Origin: Kudoa neothunni
Taxonomy: Eukaryota > Animalia > Cnidaria
Reading direction: 5' to 3'
Length of the DNA stretch: 64,000 bases
Assembly: GCA_964304625.1 (NCBI GenBank)
Contig: OZ199839.1
Location: forward strand, 7,976,297-8,040,296
A model generated the notes under the pieces. It saw only the letters and a list, made by a program, of their open reading frames with translations, was not told the origin of the DNA and did no database searches. Shown piece after piece: positions 26,697 through 39,566 of the stretch; the stretch's first letter is position 1, and each line of letters starts with the position of its first letter. A program made the position numbers and the translations under genes.

Positions 26697-28945
26697 CCCC
26701 TCCGATGACATGGGGTAGAATCTACCCCAATGCAATTTTAAAATTCATATATCTCCTTATGTTGGAAATGTTGGAATTTAAAATTCTATGCATTCCTGTA
26801 ACATACATTTATTTTTAATTTTAGTCGAAAATATTTTTTAAATACTATATATTAAAAAATTTATTACAGGTTTCTCTCCTAAAGTACTTTGGGTTAGAAA
26901 TTACCCTATCTATTCTTTTACGTTTAAATTAAAAAAAAATATAAAAAACTCTTTTAATTCATATATATATATATATATATATATAATGTTTTTATAGGCA
27001 CAATTGAAATAAATTTACATATCTCACGTCAGTTCATTGTGGTTTAATCTGCTCCATTAATAATTCATTATAAATCTGTATGACGTAATTGTATATCAGG
27101 GTTAGACGCATTCAAGTAATTAAATATAGTTTTCGGAAAAAACATTAATTTTGGGGAATATTTATTTTGAACAATCTAAATAACTGTTTGAAGAATGTAT
27201 TGGACAATAAAATTTGTAGCATTTATGGCACTATCTTGTAATTTTTGTCATTCTCTCGAGGAAAAACCTAACATCGTGCACTTTTTATGTTTACAGGTGG
27301 TTCCAGATGGGAAATATTTGCTTTACTGAGATTCCTTTTTGCTGGTACATGGGTAGAATGTTTGGCCAACAATAGTTTATATAGTTGCTCTGCAATCTCT
27401 CTTAAGAAGGTTCTTCCATTATTCGATTCACCAAATATTTCTTTATACAATGCAAAAACACCCACCAATGACAAGTCGACTATGCTAAAGAATACGAATA
27501 GGAGCCATCTCCTTGTAAATCAACGAACAAAAACCGATGCAAGCATCCTGTCGACGTTATCTACGCCGCCCTTAGTTTTATTATAATCCAATATTAATTG
27601 AGGTTTGAACTTAAGGTATTCTCCAGCAACATGATAATTCTGTTGCTGGAAGTTAGAAGAATCACGAATTTACCTTTTTTTCCACATATGATAACAACAT
27701 ATATTTATCGTGAAACAAAAAAATGATGGAATAAAGAGGCCTTTTTCTTGAAGGTTGAAGACAAGGTGGCACCTCATTTTTGTTTTTTCACACTGCTCCC
27801 AACAACTGCAACTTTCTTTCCAACAATTTCCCCGCAAGAGGCATCGATGTGAAGAAATTATCCGCGAGAACATTTCGGCCGTAATCAAACAAATGAGTTG
27901 TAAGGTTGAGTACGATGTTTTTACCTATGTTAGTTTGTTTGTTTGTCTCAGAATTATTGTTTCCCAAGTAAACGCTGGCATTACAAACGTGATTGGCGAT
28001 TGGATCAACCAGTAGAAAAAATTCTTACCATAGTTTGCCGGCATTATGGGCATATACTGTTGGAAACGACATCTTCCCCGGAACGGAACCAATTGTTCAT
28101 CGACGGTAACATCCTCGTTCGGAGAAAAATATTTAGGTAGCATTTCAACCCACTTCTCCCATATATCACGAATGGCACAGAATTTGTCCAACTTTTTACA
28201 TTCTACTCGTGTATTACAGTTATCGAAATGCATTGCTAGGGAAATATGTTTGAAGCGCCGAAGCGAAAATGATTGCCGATAGATTTCTCTTCCTTCCTTC
28301 TAACTGAACAACTCACCTATATGCTCCTCTCTATCCTTATGGATAGGTATGAAAATTGACAATCGTAAACATCCCCTAATTTCTATCAAATCAAGATCGT
28401 ACCATTGGTCGCCGAAATGAAGTTTTCCAAACATATTTGTAAACAAAACGATTTCGTTACTTATTTCATAATTTTAAAATAACAAAAAACGGTCCAGTAT
28501 GCTTTTTATTTTTGTTTGAGCGTAAGCAGTAGGTCCTGGGAGTGGATACATTTTACTCTCCAAACCTTTCTTTGTTGGACGAGGCTTCGAAGCGCTCCAT
28601 TGAATACTATCTTTACTCGTAAGAACGTCAATACCAATGTCGATTATTTCCATTTCGTCTGAAAATTTTTCATCTTCGGAAAGTGAGCGTGGAGGTCACT
28701 TTCCGAAGAACAGAATTCATCGTACAAATCATCCGAGCCGCTCATTGAAAAAATACACGCTCGCGCCAACAATAAATATATCACTTTATCGTGTGGTTAA
28801 AACTAAATCTGCCGGCTTGAAATCTGTTAGATTCTAATTTATAAAACTTTGTAATATGTTTCGTATTTTAAACGAAAAAAGTAGTTGGCGTATTTTTTTC
28901 CCCAAAATACTTTACACGTACATTGTTTTTGTCATCATCAAAAGG
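26697..28945 (-). mobile_element. Degenerate piggyBac transposon
   Basis: Ends CCCTCCGATGACA and TGTCATCATCAAAAGG|TTAA. Minus-strand fragments include MHFDN..DKFCAIRDIWE..VTVDEQLVPFRGRCRFQQYMP and YNKTKGGVDNVD. Frameshifted. Confidence 0.88.
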
Positions 28946-29099
28946 TTAATGAACTCAGGATGATTGCACTACCGAAAATTTATTCATCTTGAAACTTTTA
29001 AAAACTTACGAAAAATTAAGATAAGTAAATATCAGACAACACGTAAAATATGAATAAAATATAACCAGTAGTTTTAGAGATATTCATTCCTTGAGATAT

Positions 29100-29610
29100 A
29101 GACACTTCCAAAAATAAAACCTCCTCATCTAGATACAGTCGTTTAGTTTTATTCATAAATCGATCGAATAGGTTCAATCAAAATACTTTAAATTAAATGA
29201 ATTGAACAGACTCAATGACAAACTTTGATTAAATAAATTATCACTAATCGACTTTTTGAGTATTGTTTGTCAGAAAAATAGTTTTCATTCCATCGGAAAA
29301 CATACCGTATCTCTATTTTAACCAAATCTGATTAACGATTTCCGGAAAGAGTATTTTCTTTTGCTGGAACTATCCAAACCATCAGATGAAATAGAAATTG
29401 TACTCTACATTAGGTGCCCTTATTCGAATGAGGAAATTTTTCAACACATCGACAAAATTTTTGTTATAACTTTGAAGTTTTTGAGTCAATTATAAATTTA
29501 AATAATGTATATATAATTAAATATTATTTCGATTGTTGAAAAAAATTCTGATTTGTCCGATTTTGCCCGGCAAAAATTTGGCCGCATGTCCAATCTGGGT
29601 TGACAACGCT
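29100..29610. mobile_element. Diverged partial copy of the CAGTGTTGCCAAC hAT MITE
   Basis: Alignable to ~23780-24275 and ends in GGTTGACAACGCTG. Left boundary approximate. Confidence 0.65.
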
Positions 29611-29849
29611 GTTAAATATGCCATATTAGCACCAATGTCATCAGTTAACTATTTAAATTCATCAAAAATCTGCGTATACAAAATTATTATTCCTATGGGA
29701 TTAATGAAATATTCAGCTGTAAAATATTTCATTGGATTATCAAAAGACAATGATGTAGTGATACTAGCCAAAATTTTTCTTTCCTTATTTATGAATATGT
29801 TAATAGATTGTTTTTAAATAGATTTATCAGTAAAATTTCAAGTGAAGTA

Positions 29850-30378
29850 AAATGTTATCCTTCTTAAGAAAATAAACTTTTTTAATTCAACATTTGAGTT
29901 ATTTTGTACTCTAATGGATCCCATAATTTAGAGACGACAATGAATGGTTTTACGAGTCCAAAACCTGTTGAATTTTATTAAAAAGCTTACCAAAGATTAC
30001 ATAATTTAACAAAATTGTCAAGGTCAAGGAAAAAATGAATCCTCTTTTCTTTTTGTTTGAAAATAGGTGAATGGAAATATATGGTGTGGAATAAAGTTTA
30101 GGTCGGATTTCCTTCTGATTATTAAGAATGTATTTAATTTCCGTGATATTCCTTTAAATTAATATTCGGGGTAATAAATTACTATCCATCAAAACATTTG
30201 TTGAGATGAATTAATATTTCCGAAATATTTGTATTGATGCTTCATTAGGTTTAAGGCGAACATTAATTCATATATATATATATATATATATAAATATACA
30301 TATATGAATTATAATCCGATAAAATTTTTGAGTTTCATATTGAACGACAACTATCGTTTTTGTCTTTTGCAAAATATA
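29850..30378 (+). promoter_or_regulatory. Conserved upstream region of A3 with an expanded (TA)n tract
   Basis: Homologous to the A2 and A4 upstream regions. (TA)n at ~30270-30292 is longer than in the other copies. Confidence 0.5.
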
Positions 30379-33297
30379 ATGAAAGCTTTTGTCTACCTTA
30401 TGGGAATTTGTTCTTTATTATCATGTATATATCCAACTTCCAAAGAAATATTAATAATAACTTATAGCCCCTTATTTGCTTATATACACTCAAGGAGGTC
30501 AGGAAGATTCTCAAAATCCAGTTATTACTGAAGACTCTCTAACTTACAAACTTGTAAAAGCAGATAGTGATTTTAAGGTTAATTTAATATTAAATGGAAA
30601 TGGCTATCGCCCGGAGAAAAAGTGTCATATCAAAAAATCTAATGATGAAGAAACGAATCTTGTTGAAATAAGCGAATGCACTGGTAATAATCTCAGCACG
30701 GATAATAGCAAATGTGTTTGGACATGCTCAGTAAGTGAAAATAAGCTTGGTTTTGACAAGTTTCCTCCGAGGACAAAGTATGTTGCCGTCTTTACGGATA
30801 ATGAAGCAGGAACTGCAGAAACAAAAAATAGTGGTGGGGCTGTATTTGGATTAGAGTTTCGTAATTAAAGCATCTAGTATATTCAGTAAATTTTCTCTAG
30901 CATTATTGATCAATCCGCGAGTTACAATAACAAAGGAGGACAAAAAACTGAAATTTAGCACAAAAACTCGTAACTCGGTGAAATGTCCCGTATTTTACAA
31001 GGATGTGGAATTTAAAGAAGGAACATCTGGAAATACCTGCAATCATAATTGTGAAAGGGAAATGGAGTTTAATTTGATGATTCCATATTATGAAATGAAA
31101 TGCGATAATTATCCTAGTTTGTTTTACAACCTGCAAAATAAATACACCCTATTAAATTTTGATGTTTATCAACCACAATATTACGTGACCTATAGTTCGA
31201 GTGAGCCAACGAAATATATGCTAAAGTTTACAAACAAATTTCCATTTGAAATGTGTCTTTTCAGTATAAGAGATCCGTTAACAGAAATTACAGAGGCAAC
31301 TACCGACGATTACACATCTAAATGTGGTTCGACAGGGAAAAAATGTTATGCACCATGTAATAATGTTGAACTTGAGTTTTCGGCTTCCATTTCTGTTGTT
31401 GAAATATTGATTCAAACCAGGCACGTATCGTTGGTTAAAAGTGGCATCAAATATAGTGGATATATTCAGAAAAAATATGGTAATCCAAAAACATTTTAAC
31501 TATGATGATCTTCTTGTAGTTGTCATTGAAACTACTGCTCCTACCTTATTGTCGGAACATTCATCTACTGGTGTTAAGTTAAATGTTCCCTTGTTTCAAT
31601 CACAAACTAGTGTTAAATTTTCTGGATGTACTGTAACTTATTATGAAGCAGATAAACCTAAACCTGCTTCTGCTCCAACGGCAAAATGCGGAGGCGCCAA
31701 TCAAGATTGTGATGCAACGTGCACTCCCGCTCTAACGATTACAGAACTTGGAAGTGGAAAACCATATATTCTTGAAATTGCAGCAGGCAATACCGCTAAT
31801 CCTCCTCAAGATTTCAAAGAACATATATTCTTTCGAACAGGTAATTAATAGAAAACAAATATTTTTCAAAATAGGTGTATAGAGAAAAAAGGCACTTCTA
31901 CCTTTTCGGAAACAAAACCAATTGTGAAGGATACAAATGCATCAATCAAAGCAATAGATGTAATTGGTACAATTACACATGAAGACAAAACTTGTGCTTA
32001 CTATATAAGCCCTCATGGAAAGGATGTATATGTGTGTGCCATATGTGAAGATAGTTATCCTTGTAGGGGTTTTTGTAAGGATTCTCAAAAAATTATTGGG
32101 TTAATGCCCGGAACCGAATATGACCTAAAGATAGTTGCACATGAGGATTATGGAGAAAAAAAACATAAAATTACAACGAGTATATAAATAATTGACCTCG
32201 AATTAAATAACTAATTATGTTTCAAGCATTTTCAACGCTCATACTACAATCGGAATTTATAGAAAAGGGCTTCAAAGTGACAGGTGTACTTTCAACACCA
32301 CATCCTACAGCTGTTTGTCAATATAAAGTAAAAGTAAAGAAAGGGCAAGAATCCAAATTGGTCTATCAGTGCCCACCACCAGCTTCTACAACAAACACTG
32401 GCCCATCCTCCAATGCACCAAAAACTTCTAAAATAGCACTAGCTAGGACAACTAATGGACAACAACCACAGAACGTGCCGCCTTTAAATAAAAAAACCGG
32501 AATCACCCCATGCACACAACCTCCATTGTGCACTGATATTATATTCAATGAAGGATACGAAGAAGACAAGGAATATATAGTTTTGGTTACGGTTGTCGGC
32601 AGATCTGCAGAAACTACCATCAAAATACCCATAAGTAATAAAACATCTAATTCATATCGTCTTACTTTGGTTGAGTTTTTAAAATTATTAAAGATATGTA
32701 CATTAATTATTATTATACTAAATTTTAATTTAGATCCACAACCTTCCTCCAATAAGAATCCAATCAAATTAACTGTGGTGTTTACAAGAGAAGGCGAAAA
32801 CATAAAAGTTAAAACTTCTCTTCCTACAGGCGTTGATGAACAGTCATTATGTAAATGGGAATTGAAAAATTGGGATGATCCATCCAAACCAATCGTCCAA
32901 AAATGCATGGCAACTGGTGAACAAGGTTGTTCAGCTTTTCCATCATGCAAGGAATTTTCAATTTCAAATGTGGATAATACCAACAATTACCGTTTGAAGT
33001 TATACCATAGTACCAATAACAATATCTCTGGTTTTGTCGAGATCCAGAAAGGTAATTGATTAAATATTATTTGTCATTATTTCTTATATTTTGATTAGAT
33101 GACGAATCAAACAAATCCATGTAACATCAACTTGTTAAATTATAATTGATTTATTTTAGGTCAAAAAATACTATGTAATTATTGATGGAGATATTTTATT
33201 AATCAACTATTTTAGAATTATTGCTGTAGTAGTTCCAGTTCTCATCATCGTTGTGGGTGCGGGATTCTATTTCGGATACTGGAAAAATAAAAACTAG
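30379..33297 (+). CDS. Family A copy A3, intact 10-exon gene, 826-aa type-I membrane protein with tandem 4-Cys FN3-like modules
   Basis: Exons 30379-30424, 30468-30860, 30901-31479, 31520-31840, 31883-32179, 32227-32634, 32734-33051, 33099-33120, 33160-33174, 33216-33297 join into a 2481-nt open frame. FN3-like motifs IIGLMPGTEYDLKIVA and ITELGSGKPYILEI. C-terminal TM helix. Confidence 0.92.
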
Positions 33298-33596
33298 CTT
33301 TTTATTTATGAAGAATGCTTTCACAAATTGACTTACTATTTAGAGACAGTACTAATATTATATCATATGTATTAGTAATCCATCAGATTTCTTCATTACT
33401 TACTTTTAAATTCATAATTATTTAGTTTCATGAAAATTTATTTATTCGGAAATTGTATTTCTCTATTTTTTAATAAGGGAAATTAATATGATTTTTTCAT
33501 GATATGAATACTTTATTTAATAGTAATAATCAACCTTTTTGGATGTATTATTTTATCTTATTACTAGTTAGTTGCAAATCCTGATATCCGTTAACC

Positions 33597-34962
33597 CAGG
33601 GATTCTCAACCGGGGCAAAATATAAATGATATGGGGTAAATTAAATGACATCAAAATTAGGCAGGGTGAATTTTTGCATTATGGATTTGTGACGTATTTC
33701 CAGACTTCTCACGAATTATATTATTCAGGGAAATTAAACTCAATAAGAATTGGGAAAAAATTCTTAAATTATTTTTAGGAATAAGTTCTTAACATTTATT
33801 TATAAAATTATTCCCAGTCCTTTTTAACGCCTCGTTTATCTTTTAGTGGTGTAGCTTAATAATAATACTTAAAATGACTATTCTCATGATAAATAATATT
33901 CAAGTGTCGTTAGTTTTGACTATTTTTAATTATTTCTAGTCCGTAAGAGCGAAGGATTGGGGAATAATTAATTTGATTTAGCAATATCTAAAGAATAAAA
34001 TCTGTATACAGATTGTGGGTGAGTTGATGGGATTAAAAATTGTCATTATGCAAGCATACGTGTTTTTTAGGACCAGAATTTACCCCTCAAATAAACTCTG
34101 TTGTATCTGAACGAGTACAAAACCTCAAGGCGGCGTTTCTCAATTTTTTTATCGCGCCCCACTTCTTAAAAAGAAGTTAAGCATCTAATCTCTTTCAAAA
34201 GTATTGATTTTTTACTTAAACTGACGATAATTTTGAATAAAACTTCCAACCACATAAAAATTTGAAAGCAATTAATATTTACATCTTATCTCATTAAAAT
34301 TAAAATGTATTCGATCAGATCTGATTTAATTTATCGATGGACCTAATAAATGAACATCTTTAGTTGTTCATTCCGTCCAAAACAGCATCAAGTGAGACTC
34401 GTGGAAATCCAACCTTCATTAAGAAATACTTTGGTGTATACAGAGCTAATGGGCCGAAAATAAATAGTATAAATACAAAATCAATCAATATTATATAGGT
34501 TTAATCAAAAAAATGGATATATGATTCTAAATGAGACAAGATTGAGGTTTAAACCATTCTGATTCTATTCGGATAAGAGCACGTTAAATATTTTTATTCA
34601 TTTGTATATAATTGATCATTGCATTTCATATTTTTTATGATATTAATCGCCACTCAATAATCAGCAATATCGAAAATCGCGATATTGGCTTTAAAGTACG
34701 TCATACTGCCAAATTATCTCACCACTATCCATGTCACACCAATACTCAGGATTTTCCGCGTTTCGCCAGAGTGCTTCATTAAACATTCAAAAATTTCGAT
34801 GCCACATCAAAATTTTTTCACGTCCCACCGGTAGGGCGTGGAACTCATGTTGAGAAACTCAGCTTTAAGGTAAATATGAATTTGGCTTTCAAGTTAGAGG
34901 GTAATTTTCGATTTTTCATCAGACTCAAGGGGTAAATTTGAAAAAATGGTTGAGAACCTCTG
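33597..34962. mobile_element. hAT-like MITE with nested MITE (34131-34862); duplicate of 2647-4011
   Basis: Same TIRs. TSD cgttaacc / ccttaacc. Confidence 0.75.
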
Positions 34963-34968
34963 CCTTAA

Positions 34969-37291
34969 CCCATTCCGGGTTTTCATCCCCTTTTCAGCCC
35001 CTCATTGTTGTCTCTCTAAGAATGGTAATAATTCGTCGATGAGTATTATTTCAGTATATATCACGTAATTATCCATTAGGAATGTAATTAAAAATTAAGA
35101 TCCAATTATAAATTTGTATCTTTCGAGATTACGTACTATACAATAATTATGGTATACTGGGGTAGAAAAAGAAGACTAATTACTTAAAAATAGAAAATTT
35201 ATAATTCAAAAAGATTAGATAAATGATATTGTTTCAAAATTTGTCAAATCGTCATTGGGGGAAAGAAACATAAGCAATATATTGCAGTGCCCAAAAGGGA
35301 ACGAAGAACCACCAGCGTGCAAGATTTCAATTAGTCTGTTACTCAGCCTTGTACTTACAACGTTATAATGAGATACACAAATTTAATTAATTTCGTCCAT
35401 GATAATTAAAATGATGATGGTTTTCTAAACTCCATTGATTTTGTGACGTTACCTCCAGATAATGTTGATATTTTGGCTGATGAAGAAGGTCCCTTTATTT
35501 CAAGAGATTGTGACAACATTGACATTAGAACCGTCCCAGAAATATGCGGTGCAATAGAACTTTCTCGTATATTCATAATGAACCATTAAATGATAATATT
35601 TGTGCCACATAGTGTAAAATATCTCAATCAGATGATTCATCTGTAATTACCACTGAATGCCTACCAGTTCCTCAAAATAAATATACTATTATGCACGATG
35701 ACTCAGTCATTAGATATGAATCCTACGAAACATTCTTAAAATTTTTCGATGAAAATTTGCTCTTACATATTGTTAGAGACATATAATTACGCACAACAAA
35801 AGAATGATCACACGTTTCACTTAACCATAAAAGAACTTGAATCTTTTATTGGTATTTTATTATTATAGGGCTACAATCGATTATCTCAGCAACATATGTA
35901 TTGGAGAGTGTTAATGGATTCTGGGGTTGAAATCGTAAAATGGTTGATGACCTATAAAAGATTCTAGTTGATAAAACGACATCTCCACTTTAATTATAAT
36001 TCAAACACGATACAGACGATAAGCTGTTCAAGACCAATAATTCGAAAATTGAACGAAAATTTGGATATTTCCACGAAAACTTGTCTGTTGATGAACGTAT
36101 GGTTCTATATAATGGTCACCATTCCTGAAAAATGTAAATAAAGGGAAAACCCGACCGTTTCGATTTCAAGCAGTGGGGTTTGCCACCTTCTGATGGATAT
36201 GTGAATAGTTTTATTGTATATACAGGTATGCCTAAAATATACAACAAGAATTTTGGCCTAAGTGGAAGCATCGTACTAAATTTTGTCGATGAGCTAAATG
36301 ATAGAGGAATTTTCCATGTCTACTTCGACAATTTCTTCACCTCTTACAAATAATTTGTTGGATTAAAAAGAAGAGGTGTTAATGCTACTGGAACAGTGAG
36401 GATGAACCGAACGTCGAACCGTTCCTTGATGACTCCGTAATTAATAAGTAAAAACCACCGAGGCTATCATGAATATTTCAAATATTCTATGACTGAATCA
36501 ACTGTAGTCAATGGAAAGATACGAATCCTGTTACTCTTCTTAGTAACTCGCTTACTGTTGAAACAATCCAGAATGTGAAGCGTTTCTGCTGAACAAAAAG
36601 GCGCCATGTATCGATCGTGCAGCCTCAAATTTGTCGTACGTACAAGTATATGGATGGCGTTTATACCGTAGACAATTCCTTATTTTTCTACAGAATATGA
36701 ATTCGCTTGAAAAATTGGTATTGGTCTCTTTTTACTAACATGATATCGCTCGCAGCAGTTAATTCATGAAGAATGTTTAATTACCAAAGACAAGAAAAAA
36801 TCATCTTATTAAATAACGTTAGATACATCGCAGCTAATTTGATCAATATAGATGATTCTGAAAAAAACCCCCTCGATCATCCATCGTAAATACTCATGCT
36901 GCGTCATTGTGTAGTCGACCTATGATGAGCACTAATGCTGAGAAAAAGAGACGATGTGTTGCATATAAAAAGAAGACCATCTACTTTCGTCAAGATTATC
37001 AAAATTATATTCGTGTTAGATGCTCGATTGATTTTCATATTCAAAAGTAGTTTGCTCTCTTATCGATATAACACCGCTGATTTTTCGCACGTTTTGTGAC
37101 ACAACGTTTAATCAGAAAATCGCACGTCGGTTGATTTCCATTCCCTTTTCGGCCTTTTGGTAATTTTGCAGTTTTCCAATAAAAATTTAATTTTTAATTA
37201 ATAATAATTTAACATAACAATTAAAAAATTATTTTAAACGTATATTTCCAATTTTAAGGAAATTAAAATATTGGACCCGGCCCGGAATCGA
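34969..37291 (+). mobile_element. Degenerate piggyBac; duplicate of 4018-6294
   Basis: TTAA|CCCATTCCGGG ... CCCGGAATCGA|TTAA. Same broken transposase. It retains an RIRLKNWYWSLF segment deleted from the first copy. Confidence 0.88.
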
Positions 37292-38478
37292 TTAATCCTT
37301 CCTGCCCGGGGTGGGGTATTTGCCATACCCCTAAAGAAATATTTTTTGTTTTACTCAAAGCACGAGAATTTTTTCGCTGTAGAATTTTTAGAATGCTCCT
37401 ACAAACTTATAAAGCTTTCATTTGAGCAAAAAGATTGTATTCGAAATTTTATAAACTAAAAATTATACATTTCTAAAAATCGAGAGATAATTATTTCATA
37501 TATATCACTAATTTATATTTCTATTTAATATACACTTTAACATCATTTAATAATTAAAATTCCTATATTACTAACCGGAAAAACATGTTTTCATCAAAGT
37601 AAAACTGATTGGGTATTTACCAAAGTTAATTCGATAATACTTTACTAATCTGGCGGCTTGCGCGCAGTCCTAATTTGAATAAAGTTTTTACTTGTTGAGG
37701 TAACTTCTTTAATTGAATTAATTAAAAAAACTTTTCAAAAATTAAGGAAGCTTTTAGGATCACATTTAGTATAGGCCCCTCATCCTCAAATGCATAATGG
37801 GGATTATTGTTTATTACGCCATCACGTATGAGACTAGACGAAAAATTTGTTTTTAAAATTGTTGAGGAAATTTTGATTCGCTACAGATGATGATAAAATA
37901 TAAGATTATTCGAGACCATTTTTGACGAAAAAAAAATTGTAAAAAAACACTAAAATTGGGGTGCCACACGCTCCACAAATACCCCTAAGTTCAGCCTATT
38001 GTTGTTGCTATTATTATCGCGTGTTTAACCCTCCTTCATTTTCAAATAGATATCAATTCTTTAATTTAAACCAACTCGATTTCCGCAATTATCTATAATA
38101 CTCACGCACAAGTGGATCCAAACCAGGGGGAGACTTAATCCATTTATTCCGATAAAATAGGAAGGGCCAGGAACTTGTGATGTTTCTCATGAGCAACAAT
38201 GTTTGCTAATAATTATGTATTCTTATGTTACGACCATATTGATTGATTCATTCATTCATGTGGTTTAAATCATTGCTTGGTTGAAAAATAGGGGGATTGG
38301 TTGGTTGTACGCTCTTGTAGCTGCACTTTATTGTATTTGCAATATTATCGTTTTATTTATTACAAAGGATAGAACAATTTCTCAATGTTAACGTCTATTA
38401 ATATATATGTTCATGATAGTTTACATTATGTAGGCTCCGAAGGATTTAAAATTGACTAAGGCATATTTTTGCTGGGGT

Positions 38479-39566
38479 GGCTAACGTTTACCACATCCCA
38501 ACACTCGGGTTTTTTGGTTACCTAGGTCATTTGGCTCTCAATAAACCACGAATGCTTCCCGCTATTTATTCAACTGATAATCTAGATGAACTAAACTTTG
38601 AAGAAATAATATATTTCAAAGATAGGAAGGATGAACTGTTGAAAATTTTAATTGAAATTGGACTTTTTATTAGAGAGGGAATATAAAATTGTGGATGTAG
38701 CATGATCATGGCGATTCGACCACGATATTCAGATGGATACAGTTTCAGATGTCATAATCGTGGTTGCCTAAAAGAACTATCTGTCAGATATAATAATTTC
38801 TTGTACCAATCGAAACTCTCATATCGCATTTTAAAAATTATATATCTGTGGTGAAATGAAATGCAGAGCCAACGTAATCTCATGAAAGAATGCAGACTAG
38901 AGTCCACCAGGGCAAGATACGACTGGAAAAATTTCATGCGAGGCTTATATCTGAGCTATTATATCATGAACCCCACTAAAATAGGCGGACCCGGAATAAA
39001 GGTGCAAATTGACGAACGTCAAATTTGCAAAAGAAAGTTTCATGTTGGAAAGATTTTGCAAATTCAAAGTGTATGGATTGTTGGAGGTGTTGATGAAAAC
39101 GGAGAGGTTTCCATGGTTCAAACTGAAATTAGAGATCAGAGGACATTAGAAGGGATTATTCTTCAATATGTTAATCAGTGTTCAATAATACACACCGATG
39201 GATGGCCAACCTACGAAAACTTAGAATAGATTGGATACCAGCATGACGTAGTGATTCGTAAGTATGAATTCGTCAATGCCACTGGCATTCACATTAACAG
39301 AATTGGAAGTTTGTCGGTAGCTTTAAACGTAAGTGTAGGAGTATAACAAACAAGAAAAAAGAGATGATTTCATCCTATATTTCTGAGTGGTGTTTTAAGA
39401 GAGGGCACAAAAATTAAATATTTTCTGAATTTATAAATGTAACAAAATTAGTTTTTAATTTTGAGGGTTAAAATGTACAGTTTTCAGTCTTTATGTTTTG
39501 CGTGGCATTTTGTTGATATTCGAGAACGAACAATCCCAAGTGTTGCGGATGTGGTAAACTTTAGCC
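38479..39566 (+). mobile_element. Merlin transposon pseudogene; duplicate of 7491-8577
   Basis: Same TIRs. Motifs KIGGPGIKVQIDER, WIVGGVD, IHTDGW. Same stops. Confidence 0.9.

Noticed and set aside
32366-32986. Long antisense ORFs over family A exons 6-7 (also 1405-2036, 16780-17361, 54361-54992)
   Set aside because: These are shadows of the sense coding frame. They are conserved only because the sense gene is duplicated, they are broken differently in each copy, and they show no independent motif.
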